From positions 1-64,000 of the forward strand of contig JAQGDQ010000523.1 in assembly GCA_030141605.1 (NCBI GenBank): 64,000 nt of DNA, written 5' to 3'. Below, piece after piece: positions 18,824-33,200 of this stretch; position 1 is the stretch's first letter, and each line of letters opens with the position of its first letter. The notes beneath the pieces were generated by a model. The model had not been told where the DNA came from. It saw only the letters and a program-made list of their open reading frames with translations, and did not search any database. The position numbers and the translations under genes are program-made. This DNA is from Tubiluchus corallicola (lineage: Eukaryota; Animalia; Priapulida).

Positions 18824-21800
18824 TTTTTTTTTAATTCCAATAGCTTGCCGAGCGGTTCAATTTTTCACAGTATTGCTTTTTTCTTGCTAGAGTAATTTCT
18901 AACTGATTTCGTTAATTTTTAATTCACATAATCATTTATTCACAATACACATACAAAATTTTCAATTAATTACAAAATCTAATCTGATCACTTCTACTAT
19001 TCATGTAATAACACTTAGAAATGTTAAATAAATTTGTAAACTATAAAGATTGACTTTTAATACCAACCATACACAAGGTGCTGTGTAGTCTACTAGTGAT
19101 GCTATTCGACTTAATAGTCCAAAGGTGCCTAGTATAAATCAAGCCTCGCTTCCGCTTTTTTACCTTGCCATTCTTTTAGGCAAAGTCACATATATTTGTG
19201 TGGTAAATATTTACTGACTTACGATAGTCACACATTGCAGATGTCCTTATATTGATATCTTAAAAATAATTTTGGCTCAGTTTTCATGGTCTGCAACTTT
19301 CTGTGGTTGGTTATGATAGTTGCAGCTGCTTGATGTGTTTTAGTTCAATTTTGGCAAAGATTGTCACATTGAATTTATTCATACTCATTTGTTTATGTAC
19401 TGTTAAATTATTATAATGTAGTTCTGCTAGTGTTTTTCCTGTTATCCCAATATTTATTTGTTGTTATTTTGTTTTACTGATTTAATTCATAATCTCAGGC
19501 AATATTATCGCATAACGTAATATAATGTGTAAATATTTGAAGGTTTTTTTATTTGTGTTAGAAATGAATTGGAACCAACCTCTTGTTAATGTCTGACAAC
19601 AGTTTTAAAAATTTTAGAAATGTAAGTGAGGATTGAATTTTTAGTGTTTTCACTAAACAGTGGCTAAAGATTCAAATTTCGAATCTAGTCATTTATTGCA
19701 TGCTGTAAATGCTTTTGACAAATGTATGTTGTGATAAGCTTGTTTTCTTTCGAGGTACTGATATTATTTTAATATTGTTTAACATTGGAAAAAGTTACTT
19801 ATTGATATTATAAGTCTTAAAACTCACTACATTGCAGGAAGAAGAGATCTTGAACTATTGTGTTGTAGTCTAAAAACTTCAAAATTGTTGAATTGTAAAA
19901 TAGCTTTGTAAAGTAGTAGATAACAATGATTTTTCTGTCATTTAGGCATGGCCACAAGTTATGATTGTGAAAAGTTGTAATTAATAATTGATACTGACTG
20001 TTCAATCTTTTTGTTATTTCATAATTGTTTTAGATTTCAGTAGGAAATTGTCTTAAGCGACATGGTAACTATTTAATAAGACTGTATTGTCAGTGTGAGT
20101 GTGTTGCTGTGCAAGGAGCCATCGTTAAATTTTCTGCCTTTGATATATTTGATTTACATAAACCTAACATTTTGGTTTATTTTGCAAAATAGTCAAACTA
20201 AATATGGCTGTTATCCAATTTGCAAGCCGGAATTCATCACTTAACGGCAGTACCATTTAGTCTTCATGATTGTGGAGGAGCTGGGACCTATCTTATTAGA
20301 AAGAATTATGTCTGTAACTACATATCTTAAGACATTTCGATGGGTGTGCCTCCCTCCCCAGCAAGGTAAATGTCTAGTGGCACTGTGACAGATGAAGCTA
20401 CCTATCCTGTCTTGGCTTCTTGACAGTCACTAATCCATTAATTGGTTAAGCTTAGTGTCGCTTAATTTGTGGACCTAGCTATTCCCTTCACTTCGTCTGA
20501 GTTAGTATTAATTGCTTTTTTATTGTAAATTGAGGCATTTGTGAAAAAATAATCTCGTCGGTATTGAATTTACAGATTTTTGTGATGCATTTTGTTTGTT
20601 TCGTTGTTTTTCTGTGAGGATTGTAGTCGTCTTTTTGTTTCATACAGTTGCTGTGCTTATTAGACTCATTAGTTGAAAGGAAATGCAAGTTACTCTTTAA
20701 ACATACTGGTATTTTTTCTCATATTTTTACAATGAATTCGTGGTAAACCCTTATGATACAGCTACAGTAGATAACAAAAGTGTAGTTAAGTATGTTTTCT
20801 TTCTTTGGAAATTTTATAGTTACTTTATGTAGTAAATATATTACTGATTCATGCCGCTAAATGTTCGAAAAAAGGACACATGTAGCGGTTACAGTTGGTC
20901 TCTTCAGTTTCGTCCTTTCCAAGTTAAAGCAAAACCGGATGATTGTTTTGACTCTACCTTATTTTAATTTACTGTCCAAAATATACGTTTTCTTGCCTAT
21001 AAAAGTTAGCAATTATTTCTAATATTTGAATAACTTGCTTTGAAAGTTAATTAATAGCAACCGAACACAGCTATTGCTTACGTCAGAAACTAACAACAGT
21101 TTGTGCAATAGCAGGCATCTTCCCTTGCGCGTCAAGCATGTTTGCAAAAGTTTTTCAGAACGGCTTAAACGCATGATGTCACGAAAATGGGCTCTATGTC
21201 ATGCAATGTCTGAAACTAACACTGCAGTTCATGATTGTGGTTATCATGGAGCCACCTCCTATTTGTCTTTCACGCGCATGTGACAAAAGGGTGGCGTTGC
21301 CAATCTTAGTAGATTCACTCAGCCGCTCATAGCTTTGAAAGTTTAACGAAATTTGAGTATCCGAAGTAATTATTATTATTCAATGTAAACTTCGTTTCAA
21401 AAAAAGCTATTGTAGTTTTCAATGTTTTAGAGCATACTTTATTCTGAACTAATGTTTGCACAATCGTCCGGTCTTCATTAATCCAGTAATATTTAACCCA
21501 TTAATCCTCCTAACCTGTATTGCTTTACATTGCATTATATAGCTACTATGTAAGCTGCTCCCAGAATTTTTAATACTGCAAACTACCCCATGTAGAAATG
21601 AATATAAGTTCAAAACCAAAACGTCATATAAAAGCATAATATACTTTATTTCTTGTACAAATTTTAATTTGTCTATTTGTTATGTTTTTGTGTAGAGAAA
21701 GTTTATTGTTTCAAATGCCTGCAATTTTTTTTGCTTATTTTCTCTAAAACTTGTGAATTTTTTGTCGTGTGTTTAATCATCATGTTCTGTTCACTAATAA

Positions 21801-21869
21801 GTAGCTTACTTACATATTACCGTCACTTATTAGTTGCTGAAGTTTGATCTGATATAACAATTTTAACAG

Positions 21870-22021
21870 TTATTAAAGTATATAATTTATATCTATTACT
21901 ATTTGACTTGTTTACAATGAAGCTTAGTAATGCTTTCAAGTATTCTTATTAAAGTATATAATTTATATCTATTACTATTTGACTTGTTTACAATGAAGCT
22001 TAGTAATGCTTTCAAGTATTC
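21870..22021. repeat. Perfect 76-bp tandem duplication
   Basis: ttattaaagtatata...ttcaagtattc at 21870-21945 is repeated at 21946-22021. Confidence 0.95.
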
Positions 22022-24231
22022 TGAGACATTTACTTTGTCAAAAATAACACATAAACACCACGAGTTCATGTTTACTATAATTTGTATTTAAGAGACAATT
22101 TGAAATACAGCGTAGTATCCAAAGTTGAATCTACTTACACAACCAGATTGTTCATTCTCCTGATTACATGTATAATACAGTTACATAACTTGATTTTTTA
22201 CATATAACTGTTCTACTAACTGAACACATACAATAACAGTTTGCATACACATAAATTTAACTGCAATTCTTTGGTTTTCAAAAGGCGTGAAAATGGAAAA
22301 TGCCATTCAGCCACATGTATCAAAACTCAACAATAATTAATGCAAACGTAAAAATTATATTAAAAGTCTTTGGTATTTGTATTGAAACCACAGGTAAACT
22401 TGTAATGATGCATGAAGTAACATTAAAAATAAAAATTCAGCTGCAAAACATGATGCAAGTACAATACGAGGAAATCAGACTTTCTGCATAGAGTACACAA
22501 TAACAACCAGTCTTGCGAAGACAACTAAATGTCTTAATGCATTAAATTCATTTAAATAAACTTAGCTTGAACAAATGTGACTAGGCATTTAGTGTACATC
22601 CCATTTACAAAATAAGTGTGTGGCATTTTAGCAGTAAGAAATTTACAACGGCAAGTTAATGGGCACAAATGTGAAAGACAGCACCACTGGGTTCAGGACT
22701 GTAACACAATGTATAGTATTTCACAAAAATGTTTTGTACTGCAAATATTCATGAAGTAAATATAATTACAATACCGCTTGCATTAACAAACTGCCAAAAT
22801 TTAAGGTAGTAATCAGTTTGTTTCTTTATGCCTAATGATAATACGTCTCAATAAACACAATTTTAGAATTTTTATATTCAAATTATATATCAATCTTGAT
22901 TATTCACATATTGGTTAAATATAACTTTAATTTCATAAGTTCGATAGATATCTTTAGGTGGAAAAATGGGTTGTTAGTTGAACTTATATAAATGGAATTT
23001 GTTATACTAATATTGAAAATTTATGCACAGTTTCTACGGAAACTAAAGCACAATTACGTTTCAAAATAAGATCTAAAAAGTTTACTGTGTTTGGCAAACC
23101 AGAAGCACAAGAAGCTATCATTCTTTAATGTGCATATTACTCAACAATGTAGCAAGAACTGAGTACAATCCACTTACGAGTTTCGGTCAGGGAGACCATC
23201 AAAATTTGTACACTAAAACTGAGGTCAATTGCTTAAGTGCAAGCTGTACAAGATGAAGCTTGTTTGGCATTTTGTCTTGGTGTTATAAACTTACCGCACA
23301 TGCAGTAAGTCTGCAAATCATTGTTTTAGAACTCATTGTTCTAAAAGTACAATCACCCAGCAGTAAAATTCCCTCATAAATAAAAATTCGAAATATCAGA
23401 GCTCACTGTAAGTGATGTTTAAATACATTATGTAAGCCTAAGATTTGGTGGGACTTTCAAATTCATTCCTAATAATCAGAGGCTTGTTATGACAGGGTTT
23501 ATTATAAGTGGATTATACTGTAATAATGTGCCAAATTTCTGCACAAGACTTCAGAACATGCTGGACTCAATAAACATGACTTACCCTGGGTTGAACAACA
23601 TAACAGAAAGAAGACTAGATACCATAACAATTGCATCCTATACAGGACAAATAAGCTTTAGTCTAAGAAATAACTCAACAGTTTGCTGCAATCAATCAAT
23701 GCACCATTAACACAATTTTTTGAACATTTTCTGTAAACAACAAACAGAAATGGACAACTAGGCTACATGACTTAGAAGACTTCGTCACAAAAACAAAACT
23801 AATGATGTAAAAACAAATTGCACAAAAACAAAGTTGTCGATTTATCGATTTTATCAGTTCTTATCGATTTAAAGTAACTTGACAGTCTGTTGTTTTCAGA
23901 TCTTGTTTTCATGTTTGCATGAACCATGTTAACACAATAAGCAAGGGAAGCCGATTGTGTAAACAACTGTTAAAATCATTTAACAGAATCGTTAAAGTTC
24001 AAATAAATTGAATGGTATACACATCACACAATTCTAAGGAAGCTAATAACACTGCAGATATACCTTTATAATGATTATCCATAAATAATACCATTTATAA
24101 ATACATAATATGTCAAAATGGGAATGTAAGTAATTGTGCGACATGAAAGTAGTGTCTCTAGCACCCATTCATCAGTAAACGGCAAACGTTTAAAGAAACA
24201 TTAGCAATGCACTTGTTTTTTACAAAGATGA

Positions 24232-27200
24232 CTATAAATACATGCCGTTAATGAGATAATCTGCATCGTTTTCATTAACAGGACGGCCGCGGCGCAATCT
24301 GCGTTTGAAGCTCCTTAGCCGACATCCGACAAAGACTAGAAGTAAAAATGTGACACCGAGCCCCAGAGAGAGAGCAAGCACTGCTCCGGAATTTTCTGCT
24401 GCTTGGGTGGAATAAAAATCATCCACAATTTCCAGGGCATGACCTTCCACTTGAATGTTAACTGGAGAAACTAAGCGTTCGTCTTTCTGTTCTTTCTCCA
24501 GAGTTACCACTGCTTGACTAGTTTTATGTTCTTCACTGCTGACAACCTGACCAATTGGATTTGTCAAATCGTTTTTCTGAGATCCGTATTCCTTGTAACC
24601 AGTGTCACTTTCAATATTTTCATTCTACAAATAAAATACAAAAGATCAGGGTACAATCAGATATTACCCAGTTTAACAAAAAAACTGACAAAAGCAAAGG
24701 CAAAATTAAAATATGGTACTTGCCAAAAGTAGACAAATTCGCCTGTTTTATTGTTTCTGCCTTACCTCGTGAGCTCAGAAGATGTCAGTAGGAAGAGAGG
24801 AATACTTTTAAATTTTTTTTAAAGCTTTATTAATGCTTAAAGCTGAATCGTGGAATATTTAACATTAGCTGAAATCAAAGTTGTTTATTTCCCAGTGGTT
24901 AGAGGTAACGTTCTAAATTTTTTTCAGTGCACATTTTTTCATGCTTTGTTTTTAGTTTTTCCTTTCACATTACTATATTATCGTATAATTATCGATTATC
25001 GTATCATCTTTTTTTTAGTACGGTATAAACATATGTTCTGATAGTTATGGTATGTCATCACTACTCAGCCGTTAGTATGCTGATTTGGCAGAAAATACGA
25101 TGCTTTTTAGCCTCCAATATAATAATCAGCATTGTAAAAAACAGCAACTCTGGCTGGGAATTAGCTGTAGAAAAACATGGTTGCAGCTTCACTGATACAA
25201 CGATGTTACAACAATTATCATGTTTTACATTTTAAATTTAAAAAATACGTTTATATTACTGCGTAAGATGAGTATATCCACGTACAAAAAAATTATAAAA
25301 TTCCCGGCCGGGTGTGCAATAAAAAAATATTACTCAGCTGACTAGACGGAAACAGAAGTATTTTTATCGTAGTGTTTCCATAGGGTACCCAAGTAATTAC
25401 CCACATTGAGCTGCCAGTAAGGAGCAGGCCAATCAAACCGTTTTGCCATAGGGGTGATTTACAAAAAACAAACTATGATTTCTTTACCAAGAAGTTAATT
25501 ATTAAAATGAAATTGTTCATTATCTTTTAAAAACTTATTTCAGGCCACCAACAAAGACATGAATAAATGGACTGTTAAGTTTAACAGCACACAAAAGATA
25601 AAATACATTATATTTTATTCCCCCAACCCACATGCTGTATCAATAGAGCTCAGTGAGGTAACACTAAAGCTGACGAAGCTGACTCATTGATAAAGCATGT
25701 AATGAAGTAATTAGGAAGTCTAGCAGTTAAAAAATCAGTCAAATGCATTGTGGTGAAAACACTAACCTTCTTGACTTACAGCTCATGTGTTCAGGCTTTC
25801 AGGGTATAATAAATGAATGCTTGTAGTTAATACAGCAGTGCAGTTAGTTAAAATGTACCAGTGGTTGTTTTTATTTGTGAATATAAATGACTACAGTTTC
25901 TTTACTGCCGCTGAATCTTAAGAATCGGGTACCCGAAGGGTATAAAGAAAAGGTACTCAGGTCTGATTTTTGTTACCCATATAAACAGTATTTTTATGAC
26001 GGCCTTATATGTCATGACTAGATTATTATAACTTCATAAGTAAATTGCTTTTATGAAAACTGAGATACAACAACCCAATAAAATCAGATTTATTTACTTG
26101 ATTAGTTTGCTGTTGAGATGACTGTGCTGCTTGTCCCAGTTGTGCTTGCTGTGAATCACCATATCCATCTAAAGGCCGATTTCCGCTAAGTTGCCCATAT
26201 GGATTCTGATTGGTTAATAAACCATTATCGGAATGTGAATTATAACGGCCCGCAACATCAGCGTACGTGTTTTCATTACTTATGTGTTGCTTAGGTGGCA
26301 AGTCCACTTGCGGCTTTGCGAGACGTGATGGTCCGGTATCTGTAACATCAAATTTCGGCAAAATATATAACTACCACAAGCACATATCATTTTCCAAAGT
26401 TGAACCTAGGTTTAAGCTGTCAACTCAAATCAGCCATTAGGTCTTCAAACAATTTATGTAGGTTAAAGGGGAAGAAAAGCAAATTTTGAAGTATGTCTCA
26501 AAAAGATTTTCATACAAAGTTACACTCATTTCTCGCTTTGCCAGACAAAAACGGGGAGATGTTGGTCCGAATTTGCTGATTGTCCATATTTACCGATACT
26601 AAGCTAATGTATTAGACTCGTGGTAATATAGAATCTCAAAAATGTCTAGTACGAGCCGTTCCTGACATATAAACTACACACGTGTCGTTACAAGCGCCTC
26701 GGTTGCAATGATGTAATGATGTAAACAAAGTGACGGTCCTCCAACTAGCGGTCAGCTCGCAAAACAACAGGCTGTGTCTGTAAAATGGGGGACTTTTAAT
26801 GGTCCAGATTTTGTCCGATTTTTTCAATATCCATAAAACAGAGGTCCGGCGAACCGAGATGTGAGTGTATATTATTTGCATTACGCTTGTCTGTCTGAAA
26901 GACTTATGTAAATGGAATAGAAAGATTCTTAATAATTTAAAATATTTGCCCCACTCGGTAAAGGGTCGCCATCCCAGTGTGCACCACTGGTTCACCAAAA
27001 ACACAAAATCAATCTTAATGGACAATATAAAGTAATTCAAACTTTTGCTTAGTCAGCGAAGAGTGTGCTATGAATGTTGCGATGCTTTTTTCAAATTTAA
27101 GCAATGTTATTTAAACTTGTTTCAAACGACTTATCTTAAAATGGCTGTGCCTATAGCTAATAAGGGAGTTTAAATTTAAATGTTTGTATGGCGTTACTGC

Positions 27201-30200
27201 AAGAGCAGCCTCTGTATGCAATAAGATAGCATGTAAAAATTTCTAGGCGAAAACCAACTTCTTCGCGAAGAAATGAAGCAACTGACCTCGCACGAATTTT
27301 TGTAATTTTAGTGGTAATAATCAGATTTCAGCAGTTTTTTCATTTTGTTTACTAATTCACTTACATAAATTAGTATTCTTAAATAACAATTACACATAGG
27401 AATTTTGACTTTAATTCCTTTCTGAAATTCATTTAAAGCCTTTGTAATGCATACTAAGGTGATGAGTCATGACTTGTCTATTAAACGGCGCCTAGTGTAT
27501 TTCAATTCATTAATTTCAACTATATTGTTTCAATTTCAAGTACCTCCGTGGTTCAGACGGGTATGAGGAATGTCCGATTCTCTGTCAGCATTTGCGTTCT
27601 TTATTGCTTGATAATGTTCAGCTGGACTGATGTTGCCATGAGATTGTGACGCATCCATGCGAGATTCTTTACCTAAACATCGATGTTAACAGTGTCAAAA
27701 ATGAAGTTTAGAAACTTTTTCTTAAATTCTCTTAAAATTTGTTCTACTCGGCAATAAGTTTTTTAGTTATACCATACACAGCTTGCAAATAAAACAAGAT
27801 GGAACTTACTAAAAGGTACACCTGAAAAAGCAACTCATAGTCGGGGGCAGACTGGCTTCAACAAGGCACCCATGGGGAACAGAAGGCCCCTGGGAGATTC
27901 AAAACGTTCAGACTGGGGAGGGTCAAGATTCTTTTGTTTTTAGGCATAATTGAAGAATTACTGAATATAATCTTTTCTAGTGTCTATTCTTTCCCCCATA
28001 CTGACGAGAAGCATCAACCAAATTCAGGCAGATACATGTGGTCATGCCCCATTTTCAGATGGAAAACTTTCGCTCCAAAAATGCATCAAAATCAATAGAT
28101 TTGCACTTTTTATATGTCCACAGCTTTAGCAAAACTGATCTGTGCATAGGACTTTTATGTTCAAAATGATTTAATTCATTTTAAAACCAGTACATACTAA
28201 GACGTAAACACATATGCCTGCCATACATTGTAATTTCCAGCATAAATAATGCGCTTAAACACGTTCGGAATTTTTTGGCTACCTGTGAAAACATGCCAAA
28301 GGCCCCAAAATTTAAAAGGCCTGTGGGCCCCTGACACACGGGTTTAATAGTCAGTTCAGGCTTGCTGATAATTACCTATAGTGCAGATAAAAAAAGCACA
28401 TGAAAAACACAGAAAAAAGATCATATGTGACGTGACTAACAGGCACTTTTATAATTTGGATAGTTGCAGAGCTTATTCACAGACAATAAAACACTCAAAT
28501 AAAGAATATAGTTGACATAATCACTACATAATATTAAATAAGAAAATAAAGTAGAAAGCTATAACATACATAACATACAAAACAAAAGTTGTAAAGAATG
28601 TATACAAAAGCTTCTATCTGCTAAAAGCAGCAGTCAAATATTCAACAAAAACACTAAAAGAAAAAAATCCACAATTAAGAAATGTAGAGAAACACAATGT
28701 TTCAAACTACTGCTGTAACTTACCTTCATGTGAAAACATAAAAGAGAAAAGGGAGTTTCCTTATATCACGAACGCATAAAGATATCACTCTTCAAAATGA
28801 CACAATCACAACACAAACGCACAGCTAATAACAAACACAATGGGAAAAACACAGGAGTATAAAATCACTGACACCAGAGTCACAGACTATTTTCAGGTAT
28901 CTCACTCTAAGGTTGAGTGTACACAGTCTACACACAGCAAATAAAAAGCATATCGGAAACACAGGAGTATAAAATCCCTGGCAACAAACACAGAACCTTA
29001 GAGTAGGTCTCAATGGAAAAGTTCTGTGACTGTGGCCAGTAATTTTGTTGTGTTTGTTATTTGTTGTGTGTAGACTGTGTTTTTTTCTATGTGACAATAT
29101 TTTTAACACGATACCTTTATGCATTAATAATATAAAAAATCCGCCACTTTTAGTATTAGTGATGTCACGTGATCTTTTTTGTTTCTTATTCTTTTAACTG
29201 AAGATAAAGTACAGCGGTGTTGTGAAACGTTGTTTTTTCTCGTTTTTTAACTGCAGGACATTTTTCACTAACTGTCATTGTTTTTAACATGAAGAATGAA
29301 ATTTGTATTGTTAACAATAACTACATTACTGAAAACAACTTGCTTTTATTAACAATTGTGAAACAATAATAGTGGACTCAACTCACTGCCAGCCAGTCAG
29401 GCTGTAACAAAAATTTACTGATACAAAGCAGTGTTAATATAAAATGACAGAATAATAACTACGAGAAAATATGCCAAGTACGTAATGTAACTTTCGCAAT
29501 TTTTATTTCAAGTCTACTTCAGTTACTTTTTGCTCCAGGACTGTAAATGAGTGATGAGACAACTGAAAAAAAATTTCACAAAAACAATAAAACCATGTTG
29601 TCATTTCACTACATCGTTCATGTTTTTTCATTATTTATAAAAAAGTTTTAGTAAAAGTTACCAGGATGGTCAGCAGCAGGTTGGGTTGGTCCTTTTTTGC
29701 CAGTGTGAGTTTTTATAATGTCGGAACTAATTTTGCTGGTTTGATGCTGTTGTGGTGTGCCTTCCTCCTAAAATTTAAATGTGAACTAAGTGGTGTTCCC
29801 CTTGTCATCAAGCGACAATGAAAAAGAAAATTTGCACATCGTACTGTGCCATATTGACAATTCTTTTGCGTGTTAAAATTATATATAAATTCAGTTAAAA
29901 TAATAAGCCTTTTCACAGCTTCGCTGGATGCACGCACAGTTGTTGTAAGTCAAAGGTTAAGTGTACCAAAGCAATGCATTCTAACTACAACAGTCAAGTG
30001 ACATGTGGGTAAGGCAAAGCCATCTGCCACATCAGTTCAGTAACTTCAGTTGTTTTACATGGACTTTACTTAATTATGCATTAGTCTGTGTGTAGAGTGA
30101 TTTACTAGCAGGATCTTGCTTGGGAACAAGAAAATATGAATTAGGCAAGGTTTTAGCTAGCTGCCGAAACTGTTACGATTACAATAGCATGGGCTGCAAG

Positions 30201-33200
30201 GCATTGCCAAGTGCACACAAATGCGTTGTCTGGTACACTTAACCTCTGACTTTCACGAAATCTTGCCATCAATCGCTGGAATTGTGAAAAAGCTTATTCC
30301 GTCAGCCCAATGACAAAGAAATCAGTCAATTATAAAATAAAAAAGCATCAGTTTCTTAGTGCTCAATTATTTTCTCTATTGAAAATTTACATAAATTTTT
30401 AATTGAACAGACACAACTAAAAATATCTTTATAGTTTCACAGGAATAAAATAAAAATTACCTGTTCTTTCTGTGCATAGTTTTTCCAATTAGTATCTCCT
30501 GAAACTCCAGAGTTGGAACTGTAATACTTGTCATATTCTCCACTATAGTAATCTGTTCCACTTGGACCATATCTAAAATATATGCAGCTAATACAACTTA
30601 AGGAAAACACACAAGTTTATTTATATTTGGTGATGCCTAGCAAACCATACTCTGAATCTTTTGCTATGCAACATTTTTCAACATGCACAAAACAACATGT
30701 AATAGGCATAATGTTTATTTGACAAACATTAGAGCAAACCTGGACCCAATCTTAAACTGTAGGTCAAAACAATCTACTCTTTAAAACATTGAAAGGAAAC
30801 ATACCATTTTTTAAAAATGACTTACATGAAAGCATTATTGCCACACAAACACAATTTCACATTCGCGCCACTAGTTCTTCACTGTTATGTGCATTTCGCC
30901 ATTCGCTAGCTAGACGGGCAGTGCCGCCTGCATTTCAGAAACGCATTGCACAAAAACAGGTGCTGTAAGTTCAGATGCGTTAGTTTGTGACGAACTACAG
31001 ACGTTCGACAGCTCATGCGCGAACACAGCAGTAAATTTGAAATTCTATCTTAAAACTTGCCTAGTTTTTGTACAAACAATGAATACCTTACAGTACCACT
31101 GTACTTCAATTTCCGCTTTCGCAAAAACGTGGAATATTTTTGCTGCTGAAAATTATGTTAGTTTGTGATCTCATCAATAGCTGTGCTCGCCTGCCGTTAA
31201 TTAAGTTTTTAATCTATTATTTAATTATCAGAAACGCTTTTGCAGTATTATTGGTATAAAATGTATACTTTTTATCAGAATTGAACATATGAAAAATTAT
31301 CCTGTATAAGCTAAACTGCACACATATTATATCTATAAATAAATCTATACTTAACACATATAAAATCTATCTTGACAAGGTTATTAAGTTGAGAAATTAG
31401 CTTCTATAAAAACGTGTTATTAGTGCCTAATATACCAAAATGCCCTTGATATGCCCTTACCTATAAAGTTGAATGTGAGCAAAATGGAAAAAGCAAAGTA
31501 ATACTGAAAAACATATAATTTAAAATATGCTTTTTAATACCTGTTTACCGGCGGATATGAAGGCACACCTTTATCTGCATAAGTGCCTGCAAAAGACTGC
31601 TTGTTGATTTCCGCAGATGGCACCACTGGTTCTGGACGAGGATAATCATACTTTGTTCCATACTTATTCGGATAACTATAGCCTTGAGCAATGTTACCCA
31701 AGTATGACCCATCATATGGTGATTGCACGTCGCCATAACGGCCAACATTCGCGGAATACGGATTCAAAGCATAACTATCTTGATAAGCGTTCTTGAAACT
31801 AGTGTCATATAGATTGCTGCCCAAGTAACTTGGGTCATAAGGATATGCATCACCATAAAATGGCTGCTGATTTGTACTATCAAGTGATTGCTCTACAAAA
31901 AGAAAACACATCAAATTAGTGCTTCTTACGTGCAATAAAATGATGGCACGTCTTACTCAAATTGGATGATCGTGGTAAGACCAGAACCCGACTTATTCTC
32001 AAGCTATGATTTTAAGAGGAGCCACTGGATCACCAGAGGTATCTTAAAATTGTTTGGATGTGTTTACATCCTCCATCTACAAGGTAAACAGTCACAATCA
32101 TACGACAAATGAAACCGCTCAAAAGTGCAAGAATAGGGACGACTCACCCATTCCACTCACTGACAAGTCTAGTGCCATTCTTAACTTTGGACACCGTGAC
32201 CCATGAGACATGCGCCTTGTCTCAAAGACTTTTACAACACCCATTTGGGACAAAAAGCAGTGTGCAAACCCCACCAGATGAACAAAAATGCCAACAGATA
32301 CAGCTATAACTAGTGAGTCACTTGTAAAAATGTAATCATGTGTATTCACACATTTGCTTTTCTAATTTAACCTTTCACACTGACTAGCCATTGGTCATAT
32401 TTTGACCAGTTTGCACAAGAAAGACATGTAAATGAAATGCATCATCTTCAGAATCTCACAAAAACTGATTATTACCGTGGTAGTGATCACTGACACCTGG
32501 ACAACCCGTTTCATCGCTTTGATCATCACAGTGGGAAACTCCGTCACACACATCATATATAGCAATGCATTTTGTGTTTCCTGTTTCACAAGTAAACTGA
32601 AACTTTCCACAACCTAAAAATAAGTTAATACTAAGTACTACAAAAATTTTACTAGACATCAAAATAACAATGTTTGCATTGCCATAAAGAGAAAAAGAGA
32701 ACAAGGAAGAGGTAAGAAGATGAGAAACAGACAGAAACGAGAAAGGAGGAGAGAGAAAGACAGAGGTATTAACTCTCTCACCTCTATTAGGTTCAGAAGC
32801 AGCAGCAGTAGTTGATGGTTCTTTGGTTGTAAGTTTTGGTGTTGTTGTTGGTACTGAAGTGGTAGTAGTAGTGGTGGTACTAGGTGTTGTTGTTGTAGTT
32901 GTTGTGGTCGTTGTTGTCGTCGTTGATGTGGAAGTGGGCACATCATTTATCAATAGCTGTAAATCTTTTTCATGTTTGGAATCAGCCTGCAATGATTGCA
33001 AAACAAAGGGGCAATTAATTGCTACAACTTTCATTCTTTGTTTGATCACGAGTGATGTTCAATGAATAGTATACTATAAAGCACACACTTACATACATAA
33101 ACAAATATGTAAGACCAGCAACATAAAAGTAGTACTCACACGACATAGAACCACTGATCTAGATTCAGAACCAATACCTTAAGTTTATCCAGGCTGTATT

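Noticed and set aside
19070-19150. Second tRNA-like segment
   Set aside because: Only a vague A-box-like motif; no cloverleaf or B box.
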